Assembly: GCA_963924565.1 (NCBI GenBank)
Contig: OZ004615.1
Coordinates: 6,200,001 to 6,264,000 of the forward strand
Reading direction: 5' to 3'
Length of the DNA stretch: 64,000 nucleotides
Origin: Ascidiella aspersa
Taxonomy: Eukaryota
How positions within the stretch are numbered: the stretch's first letter is position 1; every line of letters begins with the position of its first letter. The translations under genes and the position numbers were made by a program. The notes below the pieces were generated by a model that saw nothing but the letters and a program-made list of their open reading frames with translations, was not told the origin of the DNA and searched no databases. Of the stretch, positions 50,701 through 61,915 are shown piece by piece.

Positions 50701-53700
50701 GGTATCGTCCAGTATTTTGTGACACTTGCCGGTTTCAACAACTAATAGAAACACAAATTTGTTGGCCAAATTTGTGTCGTTTTATATTTGTCAGTTACCG
50801 TATTAAACGATCAAAAATATTTTGCCCAAAACTAACTTCGTAACAGGACGTCTAAAAAGAGAAACCTTAGGAAACCGGAGGTTATATTTAGATGTCGTAT
50901 ACACAGTCATGCAACTGAAATGTTGGTTAAATATACATTTAGGGAGATGACGGGATGGCCTGAAATAGTGCAGTGGTTCTCTAACTTTTTTAGATGATAT
51001 CAATTGGATGGGCGCACTTGCTTCTTTGCTATCAGCTCGGCTATGTTAACCTCTAACGAATCACTTTTTTGTGTGAAGCAATCACGAACAGTTTTTAAAA
51101 CCGTGACCATACAGCTCACAGTGGCAGCGCAGCAAGCTGTAAAAACGTAACTTTCATTAGCACAATGCAATACTATGACGTCACAATGGACAATTCAACT
51201 CAAAGTGTAAGTGAATGAGGAACTAATCATCTTGCTTTGGAAAAGTAAGTTTCCTGAATTTTTTGTGCACAAGAGGTTTTCTTCTTCAGGAGCGTCGTTT
51301 TGATTTTTTGTTGGGTGCTTGGCGGTCTCAGAAAATTATCTCGCGGACCCTAAAAGGACCGCGGACCCCAGTTTGAGAACCACTGGGTTAGTGCTATACC
51401 TTCCTAGATTATACACAACGCTCAAGCGAAAACATTTAACACAATGAAATTCAGAGGACGGTCCGCTGTTTTTTACCTCGAGTTTGACAAGAAAAGCGCC
51501 GCACGGCAACCACACAGGCAGATTTGGCGTGATTGAAATAAATGTCAACAAGCCACTCTCGCGCTATAGCTAGCCGTCATATGCGCGAGCGTTGCGCGAA
51601 AATGACAGGCGTCGCTCTTGGGTTTCTCAAACCGCTGATGCAGCGAAGGGATGCGCGGTGTCGGGTTTCGTGTACGCTAAATGCGCGCAAAACCAATGTT
51701 ATCACGTCGCCGAGGCCTTGTCTTTACAACGGCCGCTACGAAAGGCGCGGGCGGTCAATTTCGTGTCTTGATGGCCAATTTATATGGCCACGCTGTGCTG
51801 TTCCCAGTCAAGTCATTTGTAAAATAACTAAAGTACAGGTCCAGTCTTTTAAAAATATAAAATCACGTCAGAGTCAAGTCAACATAAGAGCAAGTTAACT
51901 CAAATTAATTTAAATTGCTGACATTAAAATAAAATGATAATCCATTAAGATTGATAAACTTGGTCGATTATTATGAGCAATAACTCAACCAAAAAAATAA
52001 CCTGTAGCAACTTAATCGTTTTATGTGCAACAATTGAGATAAATAGTTTAAATGTATAAATGGTAGCTCCCGAAACAGCAATCGGTCGCGTGTTTTACTT
52101 CCAGCTCAAAGAGCAAGAAAATAATCCCGGCAAACAGGGAACATGAGGCTTTTATAATGGCCATAAAAGGTGGCCTCCTGACAACAACCTCGTCAACTAC
52201 AAGCACTCGTGTCTAATCTGGTTCACAGACTAAAACAAAACCTTGGCGTATGATAGACACTTCCCATATTCTCGCCAGCTAGCTTTTTTAGATAAAACAG
52301 TCAGCTAGTAGTCATTTTTTAAATACAATGAACGCTTTATCGCATTTATGACCGGTGGCCGCTTAGCAAAAGCCAAAGCAAAGTAAATGACGTGTATTAC
52401 GCCTGATCCGATCGTAGGCTTACTCCTGAAAATACCTTGGGCGAAATGAAGCATGTTGGCATTTGTGTAACACCGTCTCTGAAACATGCGACAATAATTA
52501 AAAGACAGGGAATAGTGAAGTCCATTTCGCAAACAGAAACTAAACAAGTAATCCTTTCTGTTGTTTAAATGACGCCGTGGAAGACATGAGATCATAGACT
52601 TGCAAATGGTTATGAAACACTCCAGCGCCCATATTGCAGTAATCAAACGAAAAAAAAGTTATGCACTCAAATTGCACGTCCACCAATTTACATTGTAATT
52701 TTTATTCTGCTTTTAGTAAATCACAAATCGGTATAGGCTGTATTATGTCCTTTACCTCCAGGAAACAGAATACTTTAGTAAGACCGACGGGCCAGTGACC
52801 CATAGACAGTCATAATTATCGAAATACGCTAAACACACCAAAAAATCGCGTTTCGCACCTTCAATCCCAGGTTGCTCCTGTACTTGAATGGCTGGTAGAG
52901 GGCGATGACGCGGTCGAACGCCATCAGAATGGTTATGAGAGGCGAGACTAGGAGCAGAAAGAGGGCCATGAAGCCCATGATGCTGCAACTGACGGCACCT
53001 CCCAGCCATACGCAGTCGGGGTCCGCAAAGGCAGGCATCACCATCAGGAGAATGCTCTGCAACGCAAAACGTCAAACTTCTAAACTCTTTTTGTATTATT
53101 CTTATGCTTAAACTACAAGATTAAAAGACGGACGAGAATACAACAAAGCACCTAACAATATCACCAGAAGAGCGATTTTTCACTAGTAATATTTTGCCTG
53201 GTGAAGCTAGTGCTATATTTACAACTAACTTTTAGGTTTCATTTTTTTTTGAAGAATTACATTTGGTGACCGAAACGGCCTTTGCAAATACTAGAACGCT
53301 ATAGTGTTCAAGACCCTGGACAATGGGTAACCTTAAAATACCAAATAGCGTGTCCTTAAGGACTTTTCGTAAAGCAGAGTTGCCGACATTAGGCTACATT
53401 GAGTTTTCTGCATCAGTCCGTTTAATTTAGTCCATACTACAGTACAGTTACTCTCTTTGTTGCGTCACAGTGTGCAATTATAGCTCTTAATTGTGCTTTG
53501 TTTGAAATCCTGACAGCCCTTTAAAATAGAAAAAAATCCCTGTTGAATTTATCTTCATTTATATAGCTTTGAGATTCCTTTGCAGCGAATTTCAACCTTG
53601 CATGTTTGCCAAACGTGGACTGCGACCAATTTTTGTAGAATTTTTCCCGCCATTGAACTGTTGCGGGTCCCTGTCTGGATTAAAGGCCAGCAACAGTGGA

Positions 53701-56700
53701 TGGTTTTTAACCAACCTAAACACCGATTTTCCATCAGGCTAAAGCTAAGTGGTTTGCCGATTGCTGTTTTAAAAAATGTTATCGCAATCGTTTTAATGGC
53801 ATGATTGAACGACAGATTAGTCGGCTTTGGAAATTGATTCATTCATTGGGCCCATTGACTAGGTTCCTTGATGGATGCCCGACTAAACAGAGTAACGAGC
53901 AATGAGCATAGATTCTTTAGCTGGTATCATTTATTTGTATTGTGACACACTAGACCAGTGCTTTACAACCTTTTTGCTAGAGTGGAACCTTACAGAAACA
54001 TTCCACTGGCTCGGGGAACCCCAGTGCAATAATTCGGTTTTCTTATGCACGCAATTAGTTAAACAATTTAGAAATTGCGGAACTCCTGCACTGCACTAGC
54101 GGAACCCTAAGGTATCGACGCAGGTCCCAAATCACATTTTATGGTAAATAAGTACCAATCCGTTATTTTGAAGGCGTTAACGTAAACTATATTGTGGCGT
54201 ATGACTGCATAGATAAAAGTTCCAGCGCAAAGTTTTTACAAGGGGAATATTTTTATTTTTTTAAAGATTTTAGCTCGATTACAATATGTTTTAGTCCATA
54301 GCTTACCTATATAAAGTATATCTTAAGATAGATGTTTTCCAAAATTCGAGCCATTTCAACATTCTAGAATCTATACTCGAGGAATTTCTTAAGAGGGATA
54401 AATAATTTGTGTATAAATGTGCTAATTAAAACCATTTTTAAAGGTGGTAACGCTAGCAGTGTTTTCTGAAAGTGTCTGAGTTTAAAATAGGCTACGGGTG
54501 CTGTCAGATATTATCAACGTAATTTGCTTGTTTAAAGGCCTTTTTGCATAACTAAAGTTTAATTTTAAAGCACACGCAACCAGTCGATTTTCGCTTTCAT
54601 TTAGGGGTTTTCCCAATTTCCGCAATAACATCCTGCCGTTTAAAGTCGCAAATCCACAGCAAAAACCTCGCACAGGCAAACACCAACCACGTGCTTCTGT
54701 TTTTCGTCTTTTTAGGTGAAGAGAATTTACAAAAGCGACAGCCTAAAAAAAGTTTGGTTTTGACTGTTCTACGAGAAATTTAAACTTCAATGCGGATGGA
54801 AACGGATGTTTTTCGCCATTTTTGCCAATGGAGATTGCCTTGCATTTTTTGTGAATAAACATGCTGACCTAATTCATGACTATTAACTGATGGCTTAGAT
54901 TATATTTAACTTAACAGTTCGCGTCTTGTTTACATTTACAAGAACAATTATTAAAATAATATTGTAAATGTTAGTGTAAAATTTAATTAAAAATATATAG
55001 AGAGGATGAAATAAATAGATCTGCAATTTTGCTTGGGCAAAGCTCTATTAAAATGTTAAAACTTTCAAATGGTAACAAGGCCAAACCTAAATGACGCGCT
55101 TGATAAAATGGTTTGTAACTTTTCACACAAAGCAGGTTAAAGCGATTCTTCAGAATTCAAGGGGTCGCGTTTTACTCAGTACCTACCTTAACATTTACCG
55201 ACAATTGCAGTCACAACTTTTGTATCAATCGCCGATTAATAATATTCCGTTAATGCTTGTACAAACCAAACGACGCTAAATGGACCACCAAGGGATACTT
55301 GTAACCGCACTCCAGGCTCGAGGAACGGAAATAGCTTTGAAAGCCAAGTTTGCCATAAAACAGCGCCTGCAGACTCTAATAAAACTGTAATAAAACTTAA
55401 ACTAAGGAGATAGACCCGCTTCAGCCGAACCTTTTCGAAGATGCGCCAATCGAGCCAAAAACTTTTTGTGTTATAGATTAGATGACAAGTAGAAACACTC
55501 AATATTACGGTTCAGGCCTATATGACCGATGGAAAGTAGTATTGCATCAATACGCCTACGATATGAAAGGGATATTGGATTAGTATTAGTAATAAGATCC
55601 GAAAAAGTCTTCTTAGCCATGGTTTGCGATTTATTTAAAACAGACTTTGCTATATAACATTATAGGGTTCTAATTCTAATTTAATTTGTGAATTAGTTGT
55701 GTGCCTTACTTCTAATTCTAAACAATTTTACCAAAATTGCCACATTTTCCAACCGCCTATTTAGTTTCTCATCCGAAACAAAGAATTATAATTACTCCTT
55801 GGTCGGAACGACTTGAAGGGTGAAAAAAATTTTCCAAATATTTAGGTCTACCATTCACATGTCCATAAGAATGACTTACAACAGCTCATTAAAAAACGAA
55901 TAACAATTGTTTTATGTTATATAATAAATACATTTCACCGTATCAACTTTATCAGCGTCGTTATTCAGATCCCAAGGGTTTGTTTTTATTTAAAAGAAAA
56001 ATCTCGGAGTAATTTTATGAACCAGCATAGTAACGATGCAAGCGTGAACAATTGAGGGTTTAAATATCTTTAAAAAAGTCCAAATAGGGCAAACCAGCCA
56101 TACAGCTACAGTACACTTGTAACGACAGGCTTAAAAATTCTGTAAGGGATTGTTGATGACATAACACCCCGTGACAATGCCCTTTGTTTGATGCGACTGC
56201 AATATAAGTTTCAGCGCCTCTTGGAATTTAGGCGAATTTCACAGACTGCTGGACACTAACAGGCAAACAATGCTGCAAGATAAACTGGGCAACCAGACTT
56301 ATATTTTTGAGAAAAGAGATCTATCATAGCGTATATAAAGATAATTAAAAAGCAAAAAACTTACGAACGATTAAGATAATTTGTTTGTTAATTCCAATTA
56401 TCGCCTAAAACTTTTGGTAAACCCCAGCCAATAGCCAAGTTCGTGGAAATTGAATTGAGTTAATGATTTACAATAGTTTAACATTTGCGCTTACGAGTTT
56501 GGAAAAAGACCAGTTTTGTAGATTCGTCTCTTTTAAATAAAAAAAAAAGATATTTCGTGCAAAAAGTACATCCGTAGGATCCGTCTTTATTATGGTCAAA
56601 CAAGCAAAAAATATGCAAGTTAAATTTACAATGAGAGTCATTGTCGGGAGAAAGGTTAGTTTTGTTTTATATTTTCTGAACGATGTACATTGTGAATTAG

Positions 56701-58587
56701 AAAACGCTACTTGCAAAACATGGCTAAATGCGTCAGTTTGGTATCAGGCATTTCTACCAAGCACTATAGCAGTGTTTCTTAACTTATTTTCGTGGCGACC
56801 TAATTCCCTTCACTAAACTTTTTCATAAGTGAACATAAGAAATTAGTACAAATAAGTTACAATTTATTTAATACGAGTCACGTCGTGATATTGCCTCAGC
56901 AATTTTACACTGTATTGGAGAAATCATGCTCAGAACCAATCTCAATAAATCTAACCATGTGGACTACTTCATTCGGCTACTTAACAAAATGCGACTCAAT
57001 TCTAGGTCGCGATCCATAGGTTGAGAACAGACTTGGACAACTAGATTTATTTTAGCTTTTCAAAATTAGATTAGAATTAAAATTAGAACATTTAAGTTTT
57101 TCCAAATTAGATTAGAATTTGAAGTAGATAATTTTGAGTTTTCTCAAATTAGTTTAGAATTAGAATTACCGAATTGTTAAAAAAACGAATTTGAACTAGA
57201 ATTACATTTAATTATTCACAATCAATTTCATTTAAATTGCGAATTATTCCAATAAGAATGTAAATGGTGAATAAGTGTGTGTTAAGTTTTATGCTTTTAA
57301 GATATTAAATTCTTCATTAAGACGGTAAACATCACCTACAAATTCTGTGTTTTAACTGAGAGACTAAAAATGCCGTTGGACAAAATAGCATTTTTGGTAA
57401 AATTTGAATTCGATTAGAACTAGAATTAGAGCCCACAAGCAATTCACCAATTAGATTAGAATTAGAATTAGCCGCATTTTGCTCTAATTTATTGAATTAG
57501 AAAACTAGAATTAGCTAGTTGTCCAAGTCTGGTTGAGAAACACTGCTCTATAGTTTCACCTCCAAACTGCATCGTACGGAAGACGATACAGCGTATCGGG
57601 GCCAGACGAATGCAACTGAAACCACTGGAAACTACAGATGTCCGATAATATAGGATCGGGACCGATACCCGATTCAAAGCAATAGTATTGGTTCTCGTAC
57701 GACATTCGGTTCGTATCGTTCTCTATCTATTCCATACCAATGTAATTTGTGCATTTCAGCATTGTTTTACGATCTAGTGTAGAGTTTTCTTTCTAGCTTG
57801 AAAGTTGAGTTCATATAAAATATTCATTTAAATGGCGAAGTCGATCAACTTCCTAACGCAATAGCAAATTCGGCCAAAAACCAAGGTTTGTGGAAAACCG
57901 TTGCCTCTTACGAGCTCTCTCTTTTTAAGCAGAGAAGTGACATAAATTGGTATGGGATCGGATAGCCATAGTTTTAACAGAAAAAGACGAAAATGAAAAG
58001 GTACCGAATGCTTTAAATCTAAGGTGGGCAATTATTTTTTTGATAGCGGGACGCATTAGAAATAAAAAAATGTCTTGGCGGGCTGTGTCAAAAACTAGGA
58101 TCTCGAAATACATGTAATGCAAGGTGTGATTCCTTTTAAAAAATCTTTAAATATCGTTGTTTTACCAAGCAGGAATAGGTGAGGATGCCTTACAGGAGTA
58201 ATGTATTTAATAAAATAAATTGAAAATCAGCCGCGGGCCGTAGTTTGCTCAGGTCTGTTCTATAAACACTACAAAATCAAATTTCGAACGCACCTGTGCT
58301 ACGTCGCTGACGTTAAGGAATCGTATGCAGAGGTAGACGGGGTTGCTGCGTCCCCTCACAGTCACCAGGGGTACGCGGAAAAGGATCACGGAGGCGAAGA
58401 CATTGAGCAGCAGGGTGACCACAAGCGAACAGGTCAGGGCCGTGTTCAGGCTGTTCCATTTGCACTGGCCGGCATAGGGGTTCGTGTCGTTTGCGGGCAA
58501 ACAACTGTTCGTGCATCCGCTGCTGTTAAAGCCCCCGGTTGCAGCTGTCCATAAATCCGGATCCAGCAGGCTCTGTACGGTCGTCAT
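29724..58587 (-). CDS. Class A (rhodopsin-family) GPCR, prostanoid-receptor-like orphan, 633 aa. Exons 58587-58294, 53056-52859, 44916-44790, 42653-42529, 36288-36178, 33726-33583, 32650-32545, 32007-31847, 30359-29724.
   Basis: Seven TM segments after splicing: TM1 LLLNVFA, TM2 LNVSD, ECL1 WLGGAVSC, TM3 MAFDRVIALYQPFKY, TM4/ECL2 LPIFGVGEY...MCLLD, TM6 FIICYLPY, TM7 LLNPVVY. N-terminal sequons NSS and NDT. Long Ser-rich tail. All introns are GT-AG and phases close (1902 nt). The ligand class is uncertain. Confidence 0.9.
31120..31683. mobile_element. AAGTCA/TGACTT-rich MITE with an inverted short relative (31237-31425) nested inside
   Basis: Inner CAGTGTTGT...ACAACACTG with flanks CGTAGAAC / CGTCGAAC. 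The outer copy is colinear with copies at about 7025-7225, 20630-21020, 34780-35203 and 51805-52045. Confidence 0.75.
35637..36080. mobile_element. hAT (Buster-type) MITE nested in a CCGATAC-family MITE
   Basis: CAGGGATTCCCAACCT / AGGTAGGGAACCCCTG; flanks CGTTACAG / CGTTACAC. Confidence 0.85.
37295..37442. repeat. Hairpin repeat element (second copy at about 39844-39998)
   Basis: Both copies read TTGATAATGAATT...AAAAAGGTCGAGTA.ATCG...CTTGTA...CAGTTAAT...AAGCTACATTACAGATC, with self-complementary ends. Confidence 0.7.
38570..38613. repeat. Perfect 22-bp tandem duplication
   Basis: TTGTACCAAGCAGGAAGGGGTG x2. Confidence 0.95.
38845..39212. mobile_element. Non-autonomous hAT (Buster-type) MITE
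   Basis: CAGTGGTTTTCAACC / GGCTGAGAACCGCTG; flanks CTCTAGGG / CTCTAGGA. Confidence 0.85.
40723..41248. repeat. Old tandem duplication, about 240-270 bp x2
   Basis: CATGTA...GGCAATTT.CGGC.CCAAA...ATCGGGCTACGAACAGG...AACCTGTTTTACATA...TCAAATTATAATT...GCAAAAATACACCT at about 40723-40959 and 40995-41248. Confidence 0.85.
45274..45617. mobile_element. Inverted-repeat element enclosing a tRNA-like unit (copy 2; tRNA-like core 45436-45373 on the minus strand)
   Basis: Arms at about 45274-45365 and 45512-45600 are degenerate reverse complements. The core has a fully paired acceptor stem GCCTGTG/CGCAGGC, D arm, T arm GTGAG/CTCGC, a deleted anticodon arm and a T5 terminator. Confidence 0.7.
53162..53210 (+). 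mobile_element. Fragment of the hammerhead-bearing element family
   Basis: CACCAGAAGAGCGATTT...ATATTTTGCCTGGTGAAGCTA matches the reverse complement of 17116-17163. Confidence 0.6.
56770..57545. mobile_element. hAT MITE with a second MITE (57028-57531) inserted in its terminal repeat
   Basis: Outer: CAGTGTTTCTTAAC / GTTGAGAAACACTG, flanks CACTATAG / CTCTATAG. Inner: perfect 17-bp TIR CAGACTTGGACAACTAG and perfect TSD GTTGAGAA. Confidence 0.9.
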
Positions 58588-60392
58588 GGCGTTTTAAAAC
58601 CAGGAGTCGACGAGCTGCTGTTTCGGCTGCTGTGTTTGTGTTTCGTGGCTTCGGCGATGGACGGACGTTGAACTTTGCAAATATTGGCACGGGTCGCTTT
58701 TTACGATCGACGGCTCGGTGACTCTATGTGTGAGCGTTGGTCAATAACCTGCCTTAGAGCTGTTGGACTGCGTGAAAAACATCGTTGAAACAAGGTTTTT
58801 AACAAGTACAGTTGCAAACCTTAATCCCCCCCTTTTAACATTACGCGAACCCACGTTTTGGTGAAATAATACCCAAACCGCAGGGTCATTCGATATCATA
58901 TAAGAAATTAATTGTTCCTGCTTTAACGCGATTGCTTTACTGGTACGTATATTGTACTTCTACCATAAAGTCTTTAATCTACTGTTGGCCGCAAAAAAAC
59001 TAAAAAGGCTCGTGTTAAAAGCCGCTGTAAAAACAGGCTCGTTAACGACACGAATGTTATCTGTTTGCAAAGTTTTACATTAACAATACTTTCCCTGTCA
59101 GAGCTTATCTGGTTCTAATCTAACAAGCTTTACTGTGACAGGGTAAAGTAAAGCGTACCGAAAGCTTTCCCTGAACTGGTTTAACAGAATTTAAAGCCAA
59201 ATGGCCAAGACCAAAGCTGAACTAACAAATGGTTCACCGTAATGCGCAGAGCCCTATACCAAAGCGCTGGCTTACACGACACTCGACTGCATATATGTGC
59301 GCAGGGCCTGGGCACTTCAAAGAATTCGAGAGCAAACAGGAATTGCAATATGCAGCCCGCATTTCTCTCACGTGGCGCTGGTGCTCGAGCTAAACGAGTT
59401 CACTTTCGGGAAACTCCTACAGGCGACGGGGAGTCGCTTCCTGGTTGGGGCGATACTGCCTACTTTTTCAGCTCGCTTACAACTTCTAACAGGCCGGTGT
59501 ACAAAGGCGCCACGAAAGTGGACGGCCCCCAGTTTCCGCGCGGGCCGAAAACTGCGACATCCTGCTGCTTTTTCGATCCGCGCAAACTGAAAACAGTGCT
59601 AGAAAGCTGAACACAGGGATAGAAGCGATCACGCGCAGCATCATCAGAGGGAAGCGTTCAGCTCGATATTTCGTTGTGTAATATCTCCGGAAGTAATCAA
59701 GATATCGATCAGAAATTTTTACACATTACTCAAAGCAACGTAACTTAGCCAGCAATCAGACTTTTATTTAAAAAATATTGAAAAATTACTATTCATATTT
59801 ATGAGTAATACTATTCAGCAGTCATATTCGATCCTAAAATTTAAACGAGCGCTAAGTAACTTTTATAGAATGATACCTACTAGTCTACTCGTCATAAAGA
59901 GCCACGACTCGACCGCCAGTTATTCAGGGATAGGATAATGTTTCTTCAAAAATCCATGAACGTCAAAAATTACAGATCGGGCTAAAAAGCAAAAGTCCCA
60001 TAAATCCCAGTCGAGAATATCCCGCAAAAGTACAGAGCAAAAGAGAAAATCCCGACACTTTATAGGTGCTTACCTCCCCACCGAAACAGCGGGTTTTCGA
60101 TTCTGTGTTTCAGGCAGTAATTCAGCTCCCTTAAGTCATCTAGCTCGCCAAATATAAAGCACCGTGGCAAATGTTAAAAAAAATGTGTACGTAGCCAATT
60201 GTTTGCTATTACACATGCGAAACTTTATCTTGCAAAACAACTCGCGGCTTTTAAAAAATAATGGTAATCTCAGTCCTCCAACCAGATTCAAAACTGCTTA
60301 AACATTAGTCAACTCTTATACTTGATACCCTGATTCCAATCTAGCTTGAAACGCTGGGCTAAATAAAATAAAAAAACTGAGCTGTTTGTTAC

Positions 60393-60990
60393 CTCGCACA
60401 TGAGCCTCTTTCAACACTGCATTTCCTCGCAAGCCGCTAACACCTGTCGCACATGCAGATATATACGCACATCTCTATCTGTTACGGAAGCCGCTTAACT
60501 ATAGAAGCACGCGACAAACAGTGGTAACGAGGCAGCGACGCAATACACAAAAGGTGAGCTCGCCCGCCTCGACGGCTTGCTGTTGTACTGATCGTCCGCA
60601 ACAGTCTTCCGTCAAAGCGCGACCAGGCAACAGACTTGCAAAATGCCAAATCGCGGAAGCGCGAACTGGCTACAGCTACAGCGCCAGGCGCGCGACTGTG
60701 ATCTCTCCCACCCCCAGACCAGTCTGTTGCTGCCCTGACGCTTCGCACCGCGGGTCAAGCACACAGCGGGCGCGTTTCGTTCCCACAGAACCAGAGCCGA
60801 GCAAAAGGTGAAGGGACGCAGGCGTTCGCACTCTCCCCGCCGAAACAACTTTGACAGCGATTAGTCAAGCGCGCCCCTTTTTCGCACCTAACTTACAACG
60901 ACTACGGTCGGTCGGTCGGAGTCGGCGGCGTCGCTATTTCGGCACAAATTTGGGCGGGTTGTTCCGCCGAGCTGACGAGGGTTATCTTCG
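60393..60990 (-). promoter_or_regulatory. Probable promoter and non-coding first exon of the GPCR
   Basis: CpG-rich block; minus-strand donor GAG/GTAAC at 60393/60392; acceptor TTTTTCACGCAG at 58768 ahead of the ATG exon. Confidence 0.45.
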
Positions 60991-61481
60991 AAGCCTTAAA
61001 ACGCGTTTTTGTCATTCGAGTTTTACTTACAACATATTCTGACTAGATGCCTTGATGGCGGAATAACAATGGGACTGTTTTTAGATTTCAATCTTTGGGG
61101 AAAAAATGATACTATTTATGGAGGCCAACGACTGAGAACGATTTCAAAGCTTTCCAGTTTACACATAGTTAACTAAAAAGCTTTTAGTTTATACCGGCTT
61201 TATTGAAATGATATATACGCAAAACGGTTACGAGCTGGACATCGTTTTGCATTTATTTACCTAAATTATAGGTAAAAACATAATATGTAACGGTATATCA
61301 GCTACAATTGTTCCTGAAAATACACATAAGTCACTAGAGAACGTGTCGCTCTTTTTTTTGCAAAAAACTTATTCATTTTTTTAGGAAAAATGCACCGTTC
61401 CAGGTAAAATTAAAAGCACAGTATGGCCTTCCAAATATCCAAAAATGGCCTCGGCTTTGATTATATTTTTATGCCTTAATC

Positions 61482-61915
61482 CAGGGGTCGGCAACCTTTT
61501 TTGTACTACGGACCGGTTTAAAACTAAAATTTTGTCGCGGACCGGCCTTGAAAAAACAACAGATGTTCAGGAAAGGAAATTTATTACAACTTTCAATGCG
61601 AACTTTATGCTTGTTTTAGATGCTCCCATCTAAGAATTATTGAACTTACTGAAACCGGCGAACGGCATCCGGCCAGCCAAACAATTCAGTTTAACCCAGC
61701 CCGCGGCTCATTTCAATAAAACTTTTAGGCGTTTTTTTCTTAATTTACACTGGTATAACATAATTACCAATTCCTATATTCTTACCAGCTTCTCAAAATA
61801 AGGATATTAAAGTTCGTTTTTCAACAAAATTTTAATCTTACAACCCTGCTACGGACCGGTAACCAACTCCTCGCGGACCGGTGCCGGTCCGCGGACCGGC
61901 GTTTGCCGACCACGG
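61482..61915. mobile_element. Non-autonomous hAT (Buster-type) MITE
   Basis: CAGGGGTCGGCAAC / TTTGCCGACCACGG; perfect TSD CCTTAATC; GGACCGG subterminal repeats. Confidence 0.9.
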
